A stretch of 64,000 nucleotides of DNA from the IMG/VR virus record IMGVR_UViG_3300047469_000312, positions 96,001 to 160,000 of that record; one strand, given 5' to 3'. Below, one piece after another: positions 48,220 to 57,880 of this stretch; the stretch's first letter is position 1, and each line of letters starts with the position of its first letter. The notes beneath the pieces were generated by a model, which was given only the letters and a program-made list of their open reading frames with translations, was not told where the DNA came from and did not search any database. Made by a program: the position numbers and the translations under genes. This DNA comes from a virus.

Positions 48220-49875
48220 ATGGCTAAAGGTCGTGCCCTGAAAGATCTGCGTAACATTCACCAATTGTTCACTCCGGCGAAGCCTGAGAAACCTTTTGCG
48301 CAACAACTGGCCGCTGCTGAGAAAGCACCGCCTCCGGCCGAAGACATCGACGTCGCGATGCTCGCACTGATGACCAACTACCGGGGTTGGACGGTAGGTG
48401 ATGTGCAGCGTTGTTTGGCCAAGCATCCGGACGCAGATCAGATTCCGGCTCTCATGAACAAGTTCGTCAATGAAGGAAAATTCGAAATTATGACTATTAC
48501 AGGTCGCCCCGCAACGTATACCCTGAAGCGCAAGCCCCTGGAAACTATCACCAGCGCCCGCAACAAAGCGGCGGCGTTCAAGCTCACTGATCCGGTGGGC
48601 ACCCGGCAAGCTCCGGACCCCAAGGGCGTCATCGTCCTTGAAGAAGGGCTGGACGTGGCCATCTGGAAGGTGATGTCGGACAACAAGGCGCGCACCAAGA
48701 ACGAAATCTGCGCGATGCTGGCCGAGTACAAGTTCGATCGCATCCAGATCAATCGCCGGGTCGATTCGATGATCAACTCGCGCAATTACTTCGACCGTCG
48801 TGACGGTGGCTCGGGCGGTATGCGCTACTCGATGAAGAAACACGTGCCGATGCCTACCCCGCTCAATCAGGTGCTCCTGGAAGAGCAGACGGCGCTCGCC
48901 AAGATCCGCGACAACCTCACGACACCGCGCGTCGAAGACGAACGCGAAATTCGCATCCGCGCGATGTATGAATCCAGCGCGCAGGGCAACTTCGCTCCGC
49001 TGCATTCGGCTTCGCGTGAAGTCGGTTCGGTGTTTTCGATCGTCTCGAATGCACTCAATAGCGAGCATGCTGAGAAGGTGGATGGTGCAAGCGTCCTGGC
49101 GCAGGAAGAAGTCTCGGCTGAAGCTATCAAGCAAGTAAACGCAACCTCGGAAGCCCCGATGAATCCCGTGATTGACCTCGCCCCGACGATGGCGGAAGAC
49201 GACCATTTGAACACACTCATCTGGAAGGCGATGTCCGACCACAAGCCGTACAAGTCGGAGGACGTGGTCACGCTGGTGCAGCTGGTGCGCCCGAGCCAGT
49301 CAGCGAAGAGCATCGGCAACCGTCTCTCGGCACTCGGTATCGACGGCTGGTTTAATATCTCGAAGGAAGGCCGCGCGAATGTCTGGGCTCTGAAGCCCGG
49401 CATTCCCAATCCGAACCTGAAAGTGAACGAGCCGCTGGCCGCGCACCACGCGAGCCTGCGTGCAGCCCAGTCGAAGTCGCCACAACAAGAACTGCCGGTG
49501 CAAACTGAGCAGCCCGTAGCACAACCCGAAATCACCGATAACCAGGAAACCGACATGTCTGCTGCCACCAATACGAAGTACAACACCACCCCCTCCCTCG
49601 TGCAAGTCGCTCCGAAAGCTGCGCCGATCGCTGCACCCCTGATCGAACTCGCCATCCCCATCAAGGGCGAGAAGTTCAGCTTCGCCGAATGCCGTCAGCT
49701 CGTCGAAGAACTGCGCGCACTCGGCTACGGCCGTGAGTCGGGCGCCGTCTCGCAGCTGTCGTTGGTGAATCAGCAAGTCACCATCAAGGGCATCGTGTTC
49801 GAGAAGAACGAGCTCGATGAGATTGTCAAGTCGCTGCTCGCTGAAGGTTTCGGTAGCCACGCTGTCAAGCGCTAA
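48220..49875 (+). CDS. multi-repeat winged-helix-like protein
   Basis: SD AAGGAG; repeats LDVAIWKVMSDNK / LNTLIWKAMSDHK and tandem IKG..F...E...+V..L...G+G. Confidence 0.8.
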   Translation: MAKGRALKDLRNIHQLFTPAKPEKPFAQQLAAAEKAPPPAEDIDVAMLALMTNYRGWTVGDVQRCLAKHPDADQIPALMNKFVNEGKFEIMTITGRPATYTLKRKPLETITSARNKAAAFKLTDPVGTRQAPDPKGVIVLEEGLDVAIWKVMSDNKARTKNEICAMLAEYKFDRIQINRRVDSMINSRNYFDRRDGGSGGMRYSMKKHVPMPTPLNQVLLEEQTALAKIRDNLTTPRVEDEREIRIRAMYESSAQGNFAPLHSASREVGSVFSIVSNALNSEHAEKVDGASVLAQEEVSAEAIKQVNATSEAPMNPVIDLAPTMAEDDHLNTLIWKAMSDHKPYKSEDVVTLVQLVRPSQSAKSIGNRLSALGIDGWFNISKEGRANVWALKPGIPNPNLKVNEPLAAHHASLRAAQSKSPQQELPVQTEQPVAQPEITDNQETDMSAATNTKYNTTPSLVQVAPKAAPIAAPLIELAIPIKGEKFSFAECRQLVEELRALGYGRESGAVSQLSLVNQQVTIKGIVFEKNELDEIVKSLLAEGFGSHAVKR

Positions 49876-50047
49876 AGAGGTGACGACATGAGCGTGAGAT
49901 TCTTTCTGTTCTGTTGTCGCCTGCTGAGAATCTCGCCGACCATCGTCGTCTCTCAGCCTAGCGACAAACCCAAGCGCTAAACCGCAGTAAGTTGCCGGGA
50001 CCTTCGGGTCCTGGCTTTATGACGTCGCTTTCTTTCAGGAGAACGTA

Positions 50048-50785
50048 ATGATTAAGCATCTGTTAGCAGCTGCATTGCTTGTTAGTGTCTCGAGCATGGC
50101 GCTCGCAGACGGCCCCCTCAGTGCCTATGACGGTACTGAGGATCTTGCGCTCGCCCCGAACGAGCGCGTCATCCCCGAAAGCCAATACAACATCGATGGA
50201 GCACAAGAAGACCCCGCTGCACCGATGACCGGAACCGCCCGCGCCTTTCGCAATGGTCGGATACAAGGTGCCGCAGAACAAAAAGAAAAAGATGCCCAAA
50301 ACTATCCGCCCCTGCCGCCGCTACCGAAAGGTTACGCAGGCTACCCCCAAGCCGCCCAAGTGGCTGCCATCCCTAAACCTGTTATGCGTCAAGCGCCAGC
50401 GCCCGTCTATGCTGCGCCCCAACAGCAAGCTGAGGTCGCCTATCAGCCGCAACCGCAACAGTACGTACATGCTGCTCAGCCACCGGTTGTGGTGAATGTC
50501 GTGCAGCCGGACCCGCGCTACTACCAGCCTGCCACTGACTTTGGTCGCGCACCCAGCTGGCGCAACCGCCAAGAAGCCATGGAAGAATATGGCTACGACC
50601 CGTACCCGCCCCCCGGCTATCAGCCGCCGCCCCGGCCGGTTTATATCGCCCCGCAACCAGTCTATGTACAGCCTGGTTATGTGGTGCGCTCACAACCGCG
50701 TTACTACCAGCCTTACCCGGTCTATCGGGACAGTGGTTACGCTGTGATTCGGGGACGTGGTTGGTCGGTGGGAACAGGATGGTAA
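50048..50785 (+). CDS. secreted Pro/Tyr/Gln-rich protein
   Basis: Signal peptide MIKHLLAAALLVSVSSMALA; PVY repeats. Confidence 0.75.
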   Translation: MIKHLLAAALLVSVSSMALADGPLSAYDGTEDLALAPNERVIPESQYNIDGAQEDPAAPMTGTARAFRNGRIQGAAEQKEKDAQNYPPLPPLPKGYAGYPQAAQVAAIPKPVMRQAPAPVYAAPQQQAEVAYQPQPQQYVHAAQPPVVVNVVQPDPRYYQPATDFGRAPSWRNRQEAMEEYGYDPYPPPGYQPPPRPVYIAPQPVYVQPGYVVRSQPRYYQPYPVYRDSGYAVIRGRGWSVGTGW

Positions 50786-50798
50786 AATTAACGTAGTG

Positions 50799-50914
50799 GC
50801 ATCATCGAGTGAGTACTGTTCCATGAACGGGGAGAGGGCACAGACCGTTGTGCTCGCATGCGACACGCGCTCTGCTAGGAGTTCGCCCTCCTCCCGTTCG
50901 AAAATCGACGATGC
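50799..50914 (+). ncRNA. rod-like structured RNA candidate
   Basis: GCATCATCGA/TCGACGATGC and GAACGGGGAGAGGGC/GCCCTCCTCCCGTTC nested stems. Confidence 0.45.
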
Positions 50915-50917
50915 GTA

Positions 50918-51016
50918 ATGAGTAAATTGAAAATAACAAAAGCCGATCTTATTTTTGCGCTCTTGTGTCTGGGTGCATTAATAGGCGGTATGATAAATGG
51001 CTATTATAGCCAATAA
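50918..51016 (+). CDS. 32-aa hydrophobic peptide MSKLKITKADLIFALLCLGALIGGMINGYYSQ
   Basis: Read by hand; AT-rich; single TM. Confidence 0.4.
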   Translation: MSKLKITKADLIFALLCLGALIGGMINGYYSQ

Positions 51017-51026
51017 GAGGAATGAA

Positions 51027-51722
51027 ATGAACAACGCACCGACCTGGGTGAAGAAGATTACATTTGAACTGCGCCACCCGGCGTATAAGGACAATAAGCT
51101 CGTGCGGACGCTCGTCGTGTCCGACACAGTGCACGTGCCAGAGGGAATGCTGACACCGTCGATGGACAGTCTCGGGTTGGTGGATTTTGACTATCGTGAT
51201 CCGGGGGATTACGACAAGATCCGCGAACTCATCATCAAAGAAGTGATCCGCTCCAAGATCGATGGTTTGCCGCCGCATGCAGTGTCGGATGTGATTCGGG
51301 TGACGAAGGAAAGCACGTTCCAAATCATCACTACGGCAACCGATCGCATCGCAGGCAGGCCGACGCGACGCTTTGGGATCAAGCTCACGCTGGAAGGACG
51401 CGAAAACGAGTCGCTCTGGTACGGTGGCAGTGACATGCCGGTCTACCACTTTGTCGGGGGAGAGTGGTCAGGCGTGGGTGACCCGATGTTCGACGCGCAT
51501 TGCTGCTGGGTGGGCAAGCTCGTCGCGACGCAAAAGGCTGAGGAAATTCTGCGGGACTGGCAGCGCATGGGTTTTAACCAGCCGCCGATTAAAACCGATG
51601 TCCAGGAATTGTGCTATGCCAAGCAAACCATTCAGTTGGTGAGCGAAGTACAGCGCGATGCTCTGGCAGGTGGCGTGACTGCGTTCGGTTCGCGTGCATT
51701 GGCGGAATTGGACTTGCACTAA
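51027..51722 (+). CDS. hypothetical protein
   Basis: SD GAGGA. Confidence 0.75.
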   Translation: MNNAPTWVKKITFELRHPAYKDNKLVRTLVVSDTVHVPEGMLTPSMDSLGLVDFDYRDPGDYDKIRELIIKEVIRSKIDGLPPHAVSDVIRVTKESTFQIITTATDRIAGRPTRRFGIKLTLEGRENESLWYGGSDMPVYHFVGGEWSGVGDPMFDAHCCWVGKLVATQKAEEILRDWQRMGFNQPPIKTDVQELCYAKQTIQLVSEVQRDALAGGVTAFGSRALAELDLH

Positions 51723-51785
51723 GGTGCATAGGGAGCCAGTAGGCTCCCGACTCGTCCGGTTCCTTTTTCTTTTCTATTGAAGGAC

Positions 51786-51803
51786 AAAATAAACATATAT
51801 CAT
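51786..51803 (+). promoter_or_regulatory. possible early promoter variant (AAACATATATCAT)
   Basis: Partial match, after terminator. Confidence 0.4.
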
Positions 51804-51847
51804 CAAGTAGCAATGCAACCGAGGTCGTTAACTTTGGAGGAAGTATT

Positions 51848-52180
51848 ATGACCGATACCACACAGAAAGAGCTGGGTCAAGAGTTCGTGCGGAAACTCAA
51901 TAATCTAGCGCTGGAGGCCGAAAAGGTGCGCGGGTCGGGGGCGATCATGTCCGATCGTCGCCAGTTTTACCGCCGTCGCTTGGCGAAGTATTTCATGGAT
52001 GCGAACTACACCGTGGTGCTCGAACGTATTAACCGCGCTGAGTACCCGGATGCATTCCTGCAAGAGAAGATCAAACAGATGGACGATCTCATGTCGAACT
52101 CCTCAGCGCTCGAACGAGCCCTGAGTGATGGTGCTCGCGCGGAGAGCACGTTTGACCTGGGTTCTTTTAACCGTTCTTAA
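51848..52180 (+). CDS. hypothetical protein
   Basis: SD GGAGG. Confidence 0.75.
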   Translation: MTDTTQKELGQEFVRKLNNLALEAEKVRGSGAIMSDRRQFYRRRLAKYFMDANYTVVLERINRAEYPDAFLQEKIKQMDDLMSNSSALERALSDGARAESTFDLGSFNRS

Positions 52181-52194
52181 CGAGGAGCAGTGAG

Positions 52195-53286
52195 ATGAAT
52201 GAGTTGCAAGCGACCAGCCCGATGCAGTCGCAGTACATGATCAAATGCGTGAAGTCCGGCAACACCGCAGAAGCCTTTTACGCGTTCTTGTTCGATCGGG
52301 AATTCTGGGCGCAACGCGACCAGGCGGCCCAGTTCAGTGATCTGGCCATGGCGATTACGAAGTTGGAGGCGATTGCCAATGATGAGATCGGCGACGGGCT
52401 TTTCATCAGCCTGAAAGAGCAACTCGATGGGGATGTGGCGGCACTGTACGTCGTGCGCACCGATGACGATGCGATCATGCACAGCATCGCTTACCTGGAT
52501 GATAGCGCAAAGGCGCCTGCGAATTCGCAAGACTCCGATGCTTTCCAGCTGAAAGTCGTGCGCGAAGGCCAAGACGACGTGTATGTCAACGTCGACGAAG
52601 ATGCCAACATCAACCTCACCGTGAACAAGGAGGAAGCAACCCTCTACGGGCACATTAACTTAGTGCGACAGATCATCCAGCAATTGCAGGATGCGACGAT
52701 TGGTGAAATCGGTGTGGACCATGAGTCGGTGGAAAGCGCAGACACAGCACTCGAGCAAAGCGACGGTTGGTCGCAGCTCAAGCTGCATCTCTGTAGGCGC
52801 CCGGCCGACTATACCGAGGAAGTACCCCAGGACGCCGACGGCAGCCCATCCAAAGGACTGTGGTGGTACGAGAAGGTGGTACTTGAAATCGTCGACGTGA
52901 ATCGAGAGGAGACCGTCGAGACGCACATGCTGCGCACGGTGGTGAAGATCAGTGACGCCCATCATTTCACCGTACGCATCGTACGCGAACCGATGGCCGA
53001 TCTCTGGCTCACCGCCGATGGCCAGACCAGTGAAGACTACGTACCCGATGAAGCACTCATCGTCAGCATGAACGAGGGTGTGGAGTTGTTGCGCAGTCTG
53101 ATGGAAATGAGCGACGTGAAGGACCTGGCAGCAGGGCAAGAACCGTTGCCCTTCCAGGCGTTGAAGTCGCAGTTGATTCGGGGTAGTGAAGAAGTGTGGG
53201 CGGAGCTGATTGACATCGAGGACCAAAAGGCAGTGGGGTCGGTGTACTTGAAGCAGCCGTTCTACATGGAAGAAGTCAAGCTCTAA
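52195..53286 (+). CDS. acidic hypothetical protein (363 aa)
   Basis: SD GAGGAG. Confidence 0.8.
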   Translation: MNELQATSPMQSQYMIKCVKSGNTAEAFYAFLFDREFWAQRDQAAQFSDLAMAITKLEAIANDEIGDGLFISLKEQLDGDVAALYVVRTDDDAIMHSIAYLDDSAKAPANSQDSDAFQLKVVREGQDDVYVNVDEDANINLTVNKEEATLYGHINLVRQIIQQLQDATIGEIGVDHESVESADTALEQSDGWSQLKLHLCRRPADYTEEVPQDADGSPSKGLWWYEKVVLEIVDVNREETVETHMLRTVVKISDAHHFTVRIVREPMADLWLTADGQTSEDYVPDEALIVSMNEGVELLRSLMEMSDVKDLAAGQEPLPFQALKSQLIRGSEEVWAELIDIEDQKAVGSVYLKQPFYMEEVKL

Positions 53287-53390
53287 TTCATAACGAGCAT
53301 AAGGAGCGCTATTCCCGCTAGGTAAAACTAACGGGGTAGCCTCCTTTTATGCCGTATATGGACTAGTTGTCAACAATAACAAGGAGTTAG

Positions 53391-53996
53391 GTGATGATCC
53401 CAACGGAAACGCTGTGTGACTGGAACTGTATCGACGAAAAGACGCAGCAGCCCCAGTCATTCTCGCCGCTGGTCGAGTGCAATCTGCATGACTTTACGCT
53501 CACGTTGCTCTCGTGGGTACGTGGCCATAACCTGAACAATCCGCGGAACCGGCAAGCACTCACTTACGGGCAGGAAGCGGGGGACGGCTACTTCGCTTTT
53601 GAATTCAAGCTGCACGGGGACCTGGTGGCCAAACGCACCCAGGCATCGAGCACGTACCATCTGGCGAAAGTCATCTGCTTCGATGATGATCGCACCAAGG
53701 TCCGGATTCGTTACTTGGTGTGGCGCACCGTGCGTGGTCCGCATGGTCGTGCGCACCCCATCGCCCAAGAACTGCTCGATATGCTGGAAGTGGATTATTC
53801 GCTGAACACCCATCCCCGCATGAACAACGTGAAGAAGGCCGCAGTTGACGTGTACAACCACATCAGCGATGGTACGTTTGATTTCACGCTGTATCGCGAG
53901 CACTTGGCGCATGAGCCACGCATCAATGGCAAGCAAGGCTTCAAGCAGTCGGCAGCTAAACGGCTGATTCAGCCCGACAGCCATCAGACGGCATAA
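53391..53996 (+). CDS. hypothetical protein
   Basis: SD AAGGAG. Confidence 0.75.
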   Translation: MMIPTETLCDWNCIDEKTQQPQSFSPLVECNLHDFTLTLLSWVRGHNLNNPRNRQALTYGQEAGDGYFAFEFKLHGDLVAKRTQASSTYHLAKVICFDDDRTKVRIRYLVWRTVRGPHGRAHPIAQELLDMLEVDYSLNTHPRMNNVKKAAVDVYNHISDGTFDFTLYREHLAHEPRINGKQGFKQSAAKRLIQPDSHQTA

Positions 53997-54020
53997 ACCC
54001 CCGGCAGCGGCCGGGGGAAA
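53989..54020 (-). terminator. hairpin + TTTATGCCG on the minus strand (convergent junction)
   Basis: CGGCATAAA-CCCCCGGC-agcg-GCCGGGGG on +. Confidence 0.65.
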
Positions 54021-54034
54021 GCGTCTGCCTCGCG

Positions 54035-54430
54035 TTACGCGGTGGGCGCTGCTTTTTGGATGGCGGGAATCATCTTCCCGTTTTCATCCAGAGTGATCGT
54101 AAAGCTCAGACCCGCGGCATTACACTTCGCAATCATGCGCTCGATGTACTGCCACAGATCCTGCTCACTGGTCACCGGTTTGGGTTGCGTCGCATCCTGC
54201 GCTTCGCGTTCTTTTGTGAACGCAATCGCTGCAAAGATCGCGTGTGCAAAATTCAGTGTCACCCCTTGCGGGTTCGCAAGGACAGCAGCACCGAGTTTGG
54301 TAGGGTCGGCCGCATCCAGAACACCCAGACGTTGGGCTTCCTGGATAATGCCAGGGTTGTTAGGGCGATCACCACTGGGAGTCGTTTGAACCACACTGAG
54401 TACGGTGGTCGCTGGAGTAACAGTACTCAT
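54035..54430 (-). CDS. hypothetical protein; only convincing minus-strand gene
   Basis: SD GGAG before ATG 54430; natural composition; fills gap between + genes. Confidence 0.7.
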   Translation of the reverse strand: MSTVTPATTVLSVVQTTPSGDRPNNPGIIQEAQRLGVLDAADPTKLGAAVLANPQGVTLNFAHAIFAAIAFTKEREAQDATQPKPVTSEQDLWQYIERMIAKCNAAGLSFTITLDENGKMIPAIQKAAPTA

Positions 54431-54498
54431 TAGAATGCTCCAAGAAAGAGGATCGGTGTGGGGGTTCATCAGATATGTGTTTCCCTAGGGGAGGTTGT

Positions 54499-54783
54499 AT
54501 GCTTAATCTGATCATACTCAACTGCGACGATGGTCGCAAGCTCTACTATTCCAACGGACAACGCACGCCGCAGGGCTTCCATGAGAACATCCAGGACGCC
54601 ACGTTGTATCCGGACGGAACAGCAGCGAGTCATGATTTTGGGATGTTGCGCTCGACGCTACACGGTCAGTCGTTGGTTCGCAATGGCTTGATCCGGCCGA
54701 CCTGGAAACAAGTCACAGGTCACTTGACTGTGGAACAGTTCGGTCACGGCGAAGCAGTCACGAGTGCAGCGGTGCGTCTCTAA
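54499..54783 (+). CDS. hypothetical protein
   Basis: SD GGAGG. Confidence 0.7.
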   Translation: MLNLIILNCDDGRKLYYSNGQRTPQGFHENIQDATLYPDGTAASHDFGMLRSTLHGQSLVRNGLIRPTWKQVTGHLTVEQFGHGEAVTSAAVRL

Positions 54784-54802
54784 CTGCGAAAAGGTCATTA
54801 CA

Positions 54803-55093
54803 ATGGACAGAACAAAAAAGAAGATTGAAGTCCAGGCACGCGTGCGAGTCATTGGTAAGATCAAACGCCAGGAGCTCACGCGGCCTGAGAACTTCAACAC
54901 CGTCGTCGAAATTGAGCGCTCCGCCATCTACGCACCGGGGGCTCAACAGACGCTGGTGGAAACCGCTACGCGTAAATCATTCGTGGACCATTTCCTGAAC
55001 CGCATGCGCCACGACGCCGACGCGAAGCGCCGAATCGGTGGCACCAAGTGGGAGGTGGACGTGTTGGAGCTTCGTTATAAGGACGCAGTATGA
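54803..55093 (+). CDS. hypothetical protein
   Basis: SD AAGG. Confidence 0.6.
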   Translation: MDRTKKKIEVQARVRVIGKIKRQELTRPENFNTVVEIERSAIYAPGAQQTLVETATRKSFVDHFLNRMRHDADAKRRIGGTKWEVDVLELRYKDAV

Positions 55094-55629
55094 ACTTCGG
55101 TGAGATGGCTTGGCGACCCAGGCTGCGCCAGATCGGCTTTGCCCCGAAAGGTGAAGAGTGGCGTTGCTTTCAGCCGGGATTGAAGACTCGACCCGGTGAG
55201 TACTACTCGGAAGACATCACGCTCTCCCTCGCCGAGCGCTGGCACATGTTCCTCGGGTATCGGGAACATGATGCACGCGAGCTCCTGAAAGAGTTCGATG
55301 TGTATCAGATCGTGCACCTGGACGATCTCTTTCGCTTTGTCCTGCATCTGCCCAAGCCGCTCGCGCAGTTGTTGGACGAGGCGAAGATTCCGCGTACCAA
55401 AACGCTGACTCACTTTAACCCGTTGTTTGGGCCACCGCCTGAATTCCATGGTCCGCTGGAACCCTCAGGGCTGCTGCCTTACGGCGCACCGACGGGCAAT
55501 GACAAAGAGCTCGGGGTTCAGCCGTCGTTCAGACACATCGAGAACTTGCCGATCTTTTCGATGCCATCAGTGGAAAGCTGGCGCAAAGTAGCTGCGGCGC
55601 TTGCAGACCACACGCATAAGCAGGCATAA
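55090..55629 (+). CDS. hypothetical protein
   Basis: ATGA overlap. Confidence 0.7.
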   Translation: MNFGEMAWRPRLRQIGFAPKGEEWRCFQPGLKTRPGEYYSEDITLSLAERWHMFLGYREHDARELLKEFDVYQIVHLDDLFRFVLHLPKPLAQLLDEAKIPRTKTLTHFNPLFGPPPEFHGPLEPSGLLPYGAPTGNDKELGVQPSFRHIENLPIFSMPSVESWRKVAAALADHTHKQA

Positions 55630-55700
55630 AGAGAGTAGTTGGAGAAAACCAGTAATCTAACCAGGAGTATTGCCCACTTGTAATATGGAGGATAAGAAAC

Positions 55701-56063
55701 ATGCCGTCGAATGTAATTACTGCACGGCTCTATACGGGGAAGATGTTGTATCTCGGTAGAGTAGAGTCAGGAAAGCTCGGAGATTGGTATGGTGAATTGG
55801 ACCGCGCTGAAATCCTCCCAAATGAGGGAGATCTCTCGTCACTTTTCGATGCACTCTGTATGCACGTGCAATACAAGACTGGTCGGACGCTGTTTGATCC
55901 GAATCTCTTGAAAACACTGCAACAAAAGGCCCGCCTCTTTGAATTGGGGGCAGCTCGGGTGGTGGAGGGACAGGTACGCACCTTCCGCCATCGCATTATT
56001 GACACCCATGCGCTGGAACAACGCTTTAGTAGTCCCGTCTTAAAGTTATCAGCCACAATGTAA
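55701..56063 (+). CDS. hypothetical protein
   Basis: SD GGAGG. Confidence 0.7.
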   Translation: MPSNVITARLYTGKMLYLGRVESGKLGDWYGELDRAEILPNEGDLSSLFDALCMHVQYKTGRTLFDPNLLKTLQQKARLFELGAARVVEGQVRTFRHRIIDTHALEQRFSSPVLKLSATM

Positions 56064-56145
56064 GTAGAGGGCGGCCTACGGGCTGCCTTCTATGCCGTTT
56101 TTACGCTGTCGCCCCATCGGTTGAGTACCCATCCAAGGATAAATC

Positions 56146-56682
56146 ATGCCCACCAAATCAGGTCGTATCAAACTGGAAGACGTCCGTCAGGGCAAAACCA
56201 TCTTCCAGCCGTTCTTTGATCCGAAGCAAAAGAAGATGGTCCCCAAGGCTCACCTGGTCAGCTTCGGCATCACCTACCGTCTGGTGGGGCTGGTCGCTAA
56301 TGAGGACGGTATCCTCGAAGGCTACAGCCTGCCGATGTATTCCGTCAGCAAGCCGAGCGCCATGTCGCACAGTAAGACTCCGTCCCTCCTCACCTTTCAT
56401 CCGACACGTAACTTCGCGGTGGTGGAACTGCCCGACGGGTCGCTGTGTCTGCGCAATGGCTTCACGAGCCGTCGGCGCTGCCAGCAGTATCTCGAGGATC
56501 TGGAAGCCGGTCGGATCGACGAGAAGACGCACGGCATCGTGGTGGGAAGTCCTACCCGTGAAGCGGTGGAAAAGCACGCGAAGCTCGGCGGTGATCTGCC
56601 CGACCCGATCGAATTCAACGATCTGAAATGGGAACCCACGCGCGGCAGCGCGCCGGACTACAGTGGTCGTCAGGCAGGTTAA
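56146..56682 (+). CDS. hypothetical protein, paralog of 63476->64000
   Basis: MPTKSGRIKLEDVRQGKTIF vs MATKAGRAEVSDVRTGKTLW. Confidence 0.75.
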   Translation: MPTKSGRIKLEDVRQGKTIFQPFFDPKQKKMVPKAHLVSFGITYRLVGLVANEDGILEGYSLPMYSVSKPSAMSHSKTPSLLTFHPTRNFAVVELPDGSLCLRNGFTSRRRCQQYLEDLEAGRIDEKTHGIVVGSPTREAVEKHAKLGGDLPDPIEFNDLKWEPTRGSAPDYSGRQAG

Positions 56683-56686
56683 AAAG

Positions 56687-56935
56687 ATGGCGACCACTAC
56701 GTCCAGCGAGAAGCACCCGTGCTGCCGGGGTGAGTATCGGGACTCACCCGTAGGCGTGGTGTACGTGTGCGGCTATAACACCGTGATTCAGTGCGAAGAG
56801 TGTCGCTACCGCACCAATCGCAACTTCAGCTATCTGGAAGTCCGTAAGAATCCGGAGGCCAAAGGGAACCGCCCGCTGGGTGGTCGTGCTGAACAACTGA
56901 CGTTTTTCCCGAGGAAAGAATATGGAACCGAGTAA
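56687..56935 (+). CDS. small Cys-rich (Zn-binding) protein
   Basis: C.G......C....CEEC.Y. Confidence 0.6.
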   Translation: MATTTSSEKHPCCRGEYRDSPVGVVYVCGYNTVIQCEECRYRTNRNFSYLEVRKNPEAKGNRPLGGRAEQLTFFPRKEYGTE

Positions 56936-57347
56936 AGAAGCCGCTGAACCCGTGAAGATTGTGGATTACCTCAGTCTGATCTCGCGCAAGCCGGACCCCA
57001 ATCCGAAGGCGACCCAGCGCCTGTGCGAGCAGATCCGCACCCTGCTGAAAGACCACGAATTCCCGCCGATCATTCCGACGCGATTCAAGACCATCGAAGA
57101 AATGATCCCGAAGGGTGGCTTCAAGCTAGGCGAGCTGACGCTCTTTATGACGTCGCCGCGCCCGAGTGAGCGCAAGTCGGACGTCATGTTCCACACGGTC
57201 TTGCGCAAGATGGCTGAAGACCCGAACTTTAAACCCGTGTTCCGCTTCGAGCAGGAAGGGTCGCCGTATGACCAAGAACGCTTCGAAACCGCGCTCAAGA
57301 GCATGGGCATCGAAATCACTAACGATAACAAGGAAGTCAAGTCATGA
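56922..57347 (+). CDS. protein containing DnaB/RecA-like pre-Walker-A fragment
   Basis: IPTRFKTIEEMIPKGGFKLGELTLF..RP..RKS. Confidence 0.6.
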   Translation: MEPSKEAAEPVKIVDYLSLISRKPDPNPKATQRLCEQIRTLLKDHEFPPIIPTRFKTIEEMIPKGGFKLGELTLFMTSPRPSERKSDVMFHTVLRKMAEDPNFKPVFRFEQEGSPYDQERFETALKSMGIEITNDNKEVKS

Positions 57348-57880
57348 GTAAGTCGAACGCCGCCCAACGTCGTCTGGAGCAAAAGAAGCTGCCGCTGGCC
57401 ATGCAAAAGCTGCTGGCTAATGGCTACAGCGGCAAGGCGCAAGCCGCTGCGGATAACGAGTTCTATCTGAACTATCTGGAGAACCGTCGTCAAGCCGCGC
57501 TGGAGCAAAAGCCCTTTCGTGAAGCTCTGAATGCGCTGCACGAAACGAACCCGTTCAAGGAAGTCGAGTACGGCGCGGCGATCTTCACCTATGTGCCCAC
57601 AGAACTGTCGGTCAAGATCGGTGAGCTCTGTGCTGAGTGGAAGGTGGCGGTGCAAGAGAACCTGCAAGGCAAGAGCTGGTCGTCGGTGCGCTACCCGTGG
57701 AATGACGGTAAGCCCGTCAGTCAGGAGTACGTGATGCCGTCGCCCGATCACGCAGACTTCATGAAGTTCGTCACGTATGAACAACTGCGCGCTACGCCCG
57801 AGCAGGATCTGAACATGCGTGCCTTGCTCACCCAAATGGCCAAAGATCTGGGGATCGCCGATGAAGCTCAAAACGTTTGA
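57344..57880 (+). CDS. hypothetical protein
   Basis: ATGA overlap. Confidence 0.7.
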   Translation: MSKSNAAQRRLEQKKLPLAMQKLLANGYSGKAQAAADNEFYLNYLENRRQAALEQKPFREALNALHETNPFKEVEYGAAIFTYVPTELSVKIGELCAEWKVAVQENLQGKSWSSVRYPWNDGKPVSQEYVMPSPDHADFMKFVTYEQLRATPEQDLNMRALLTQMAKDLGIADEAQNV

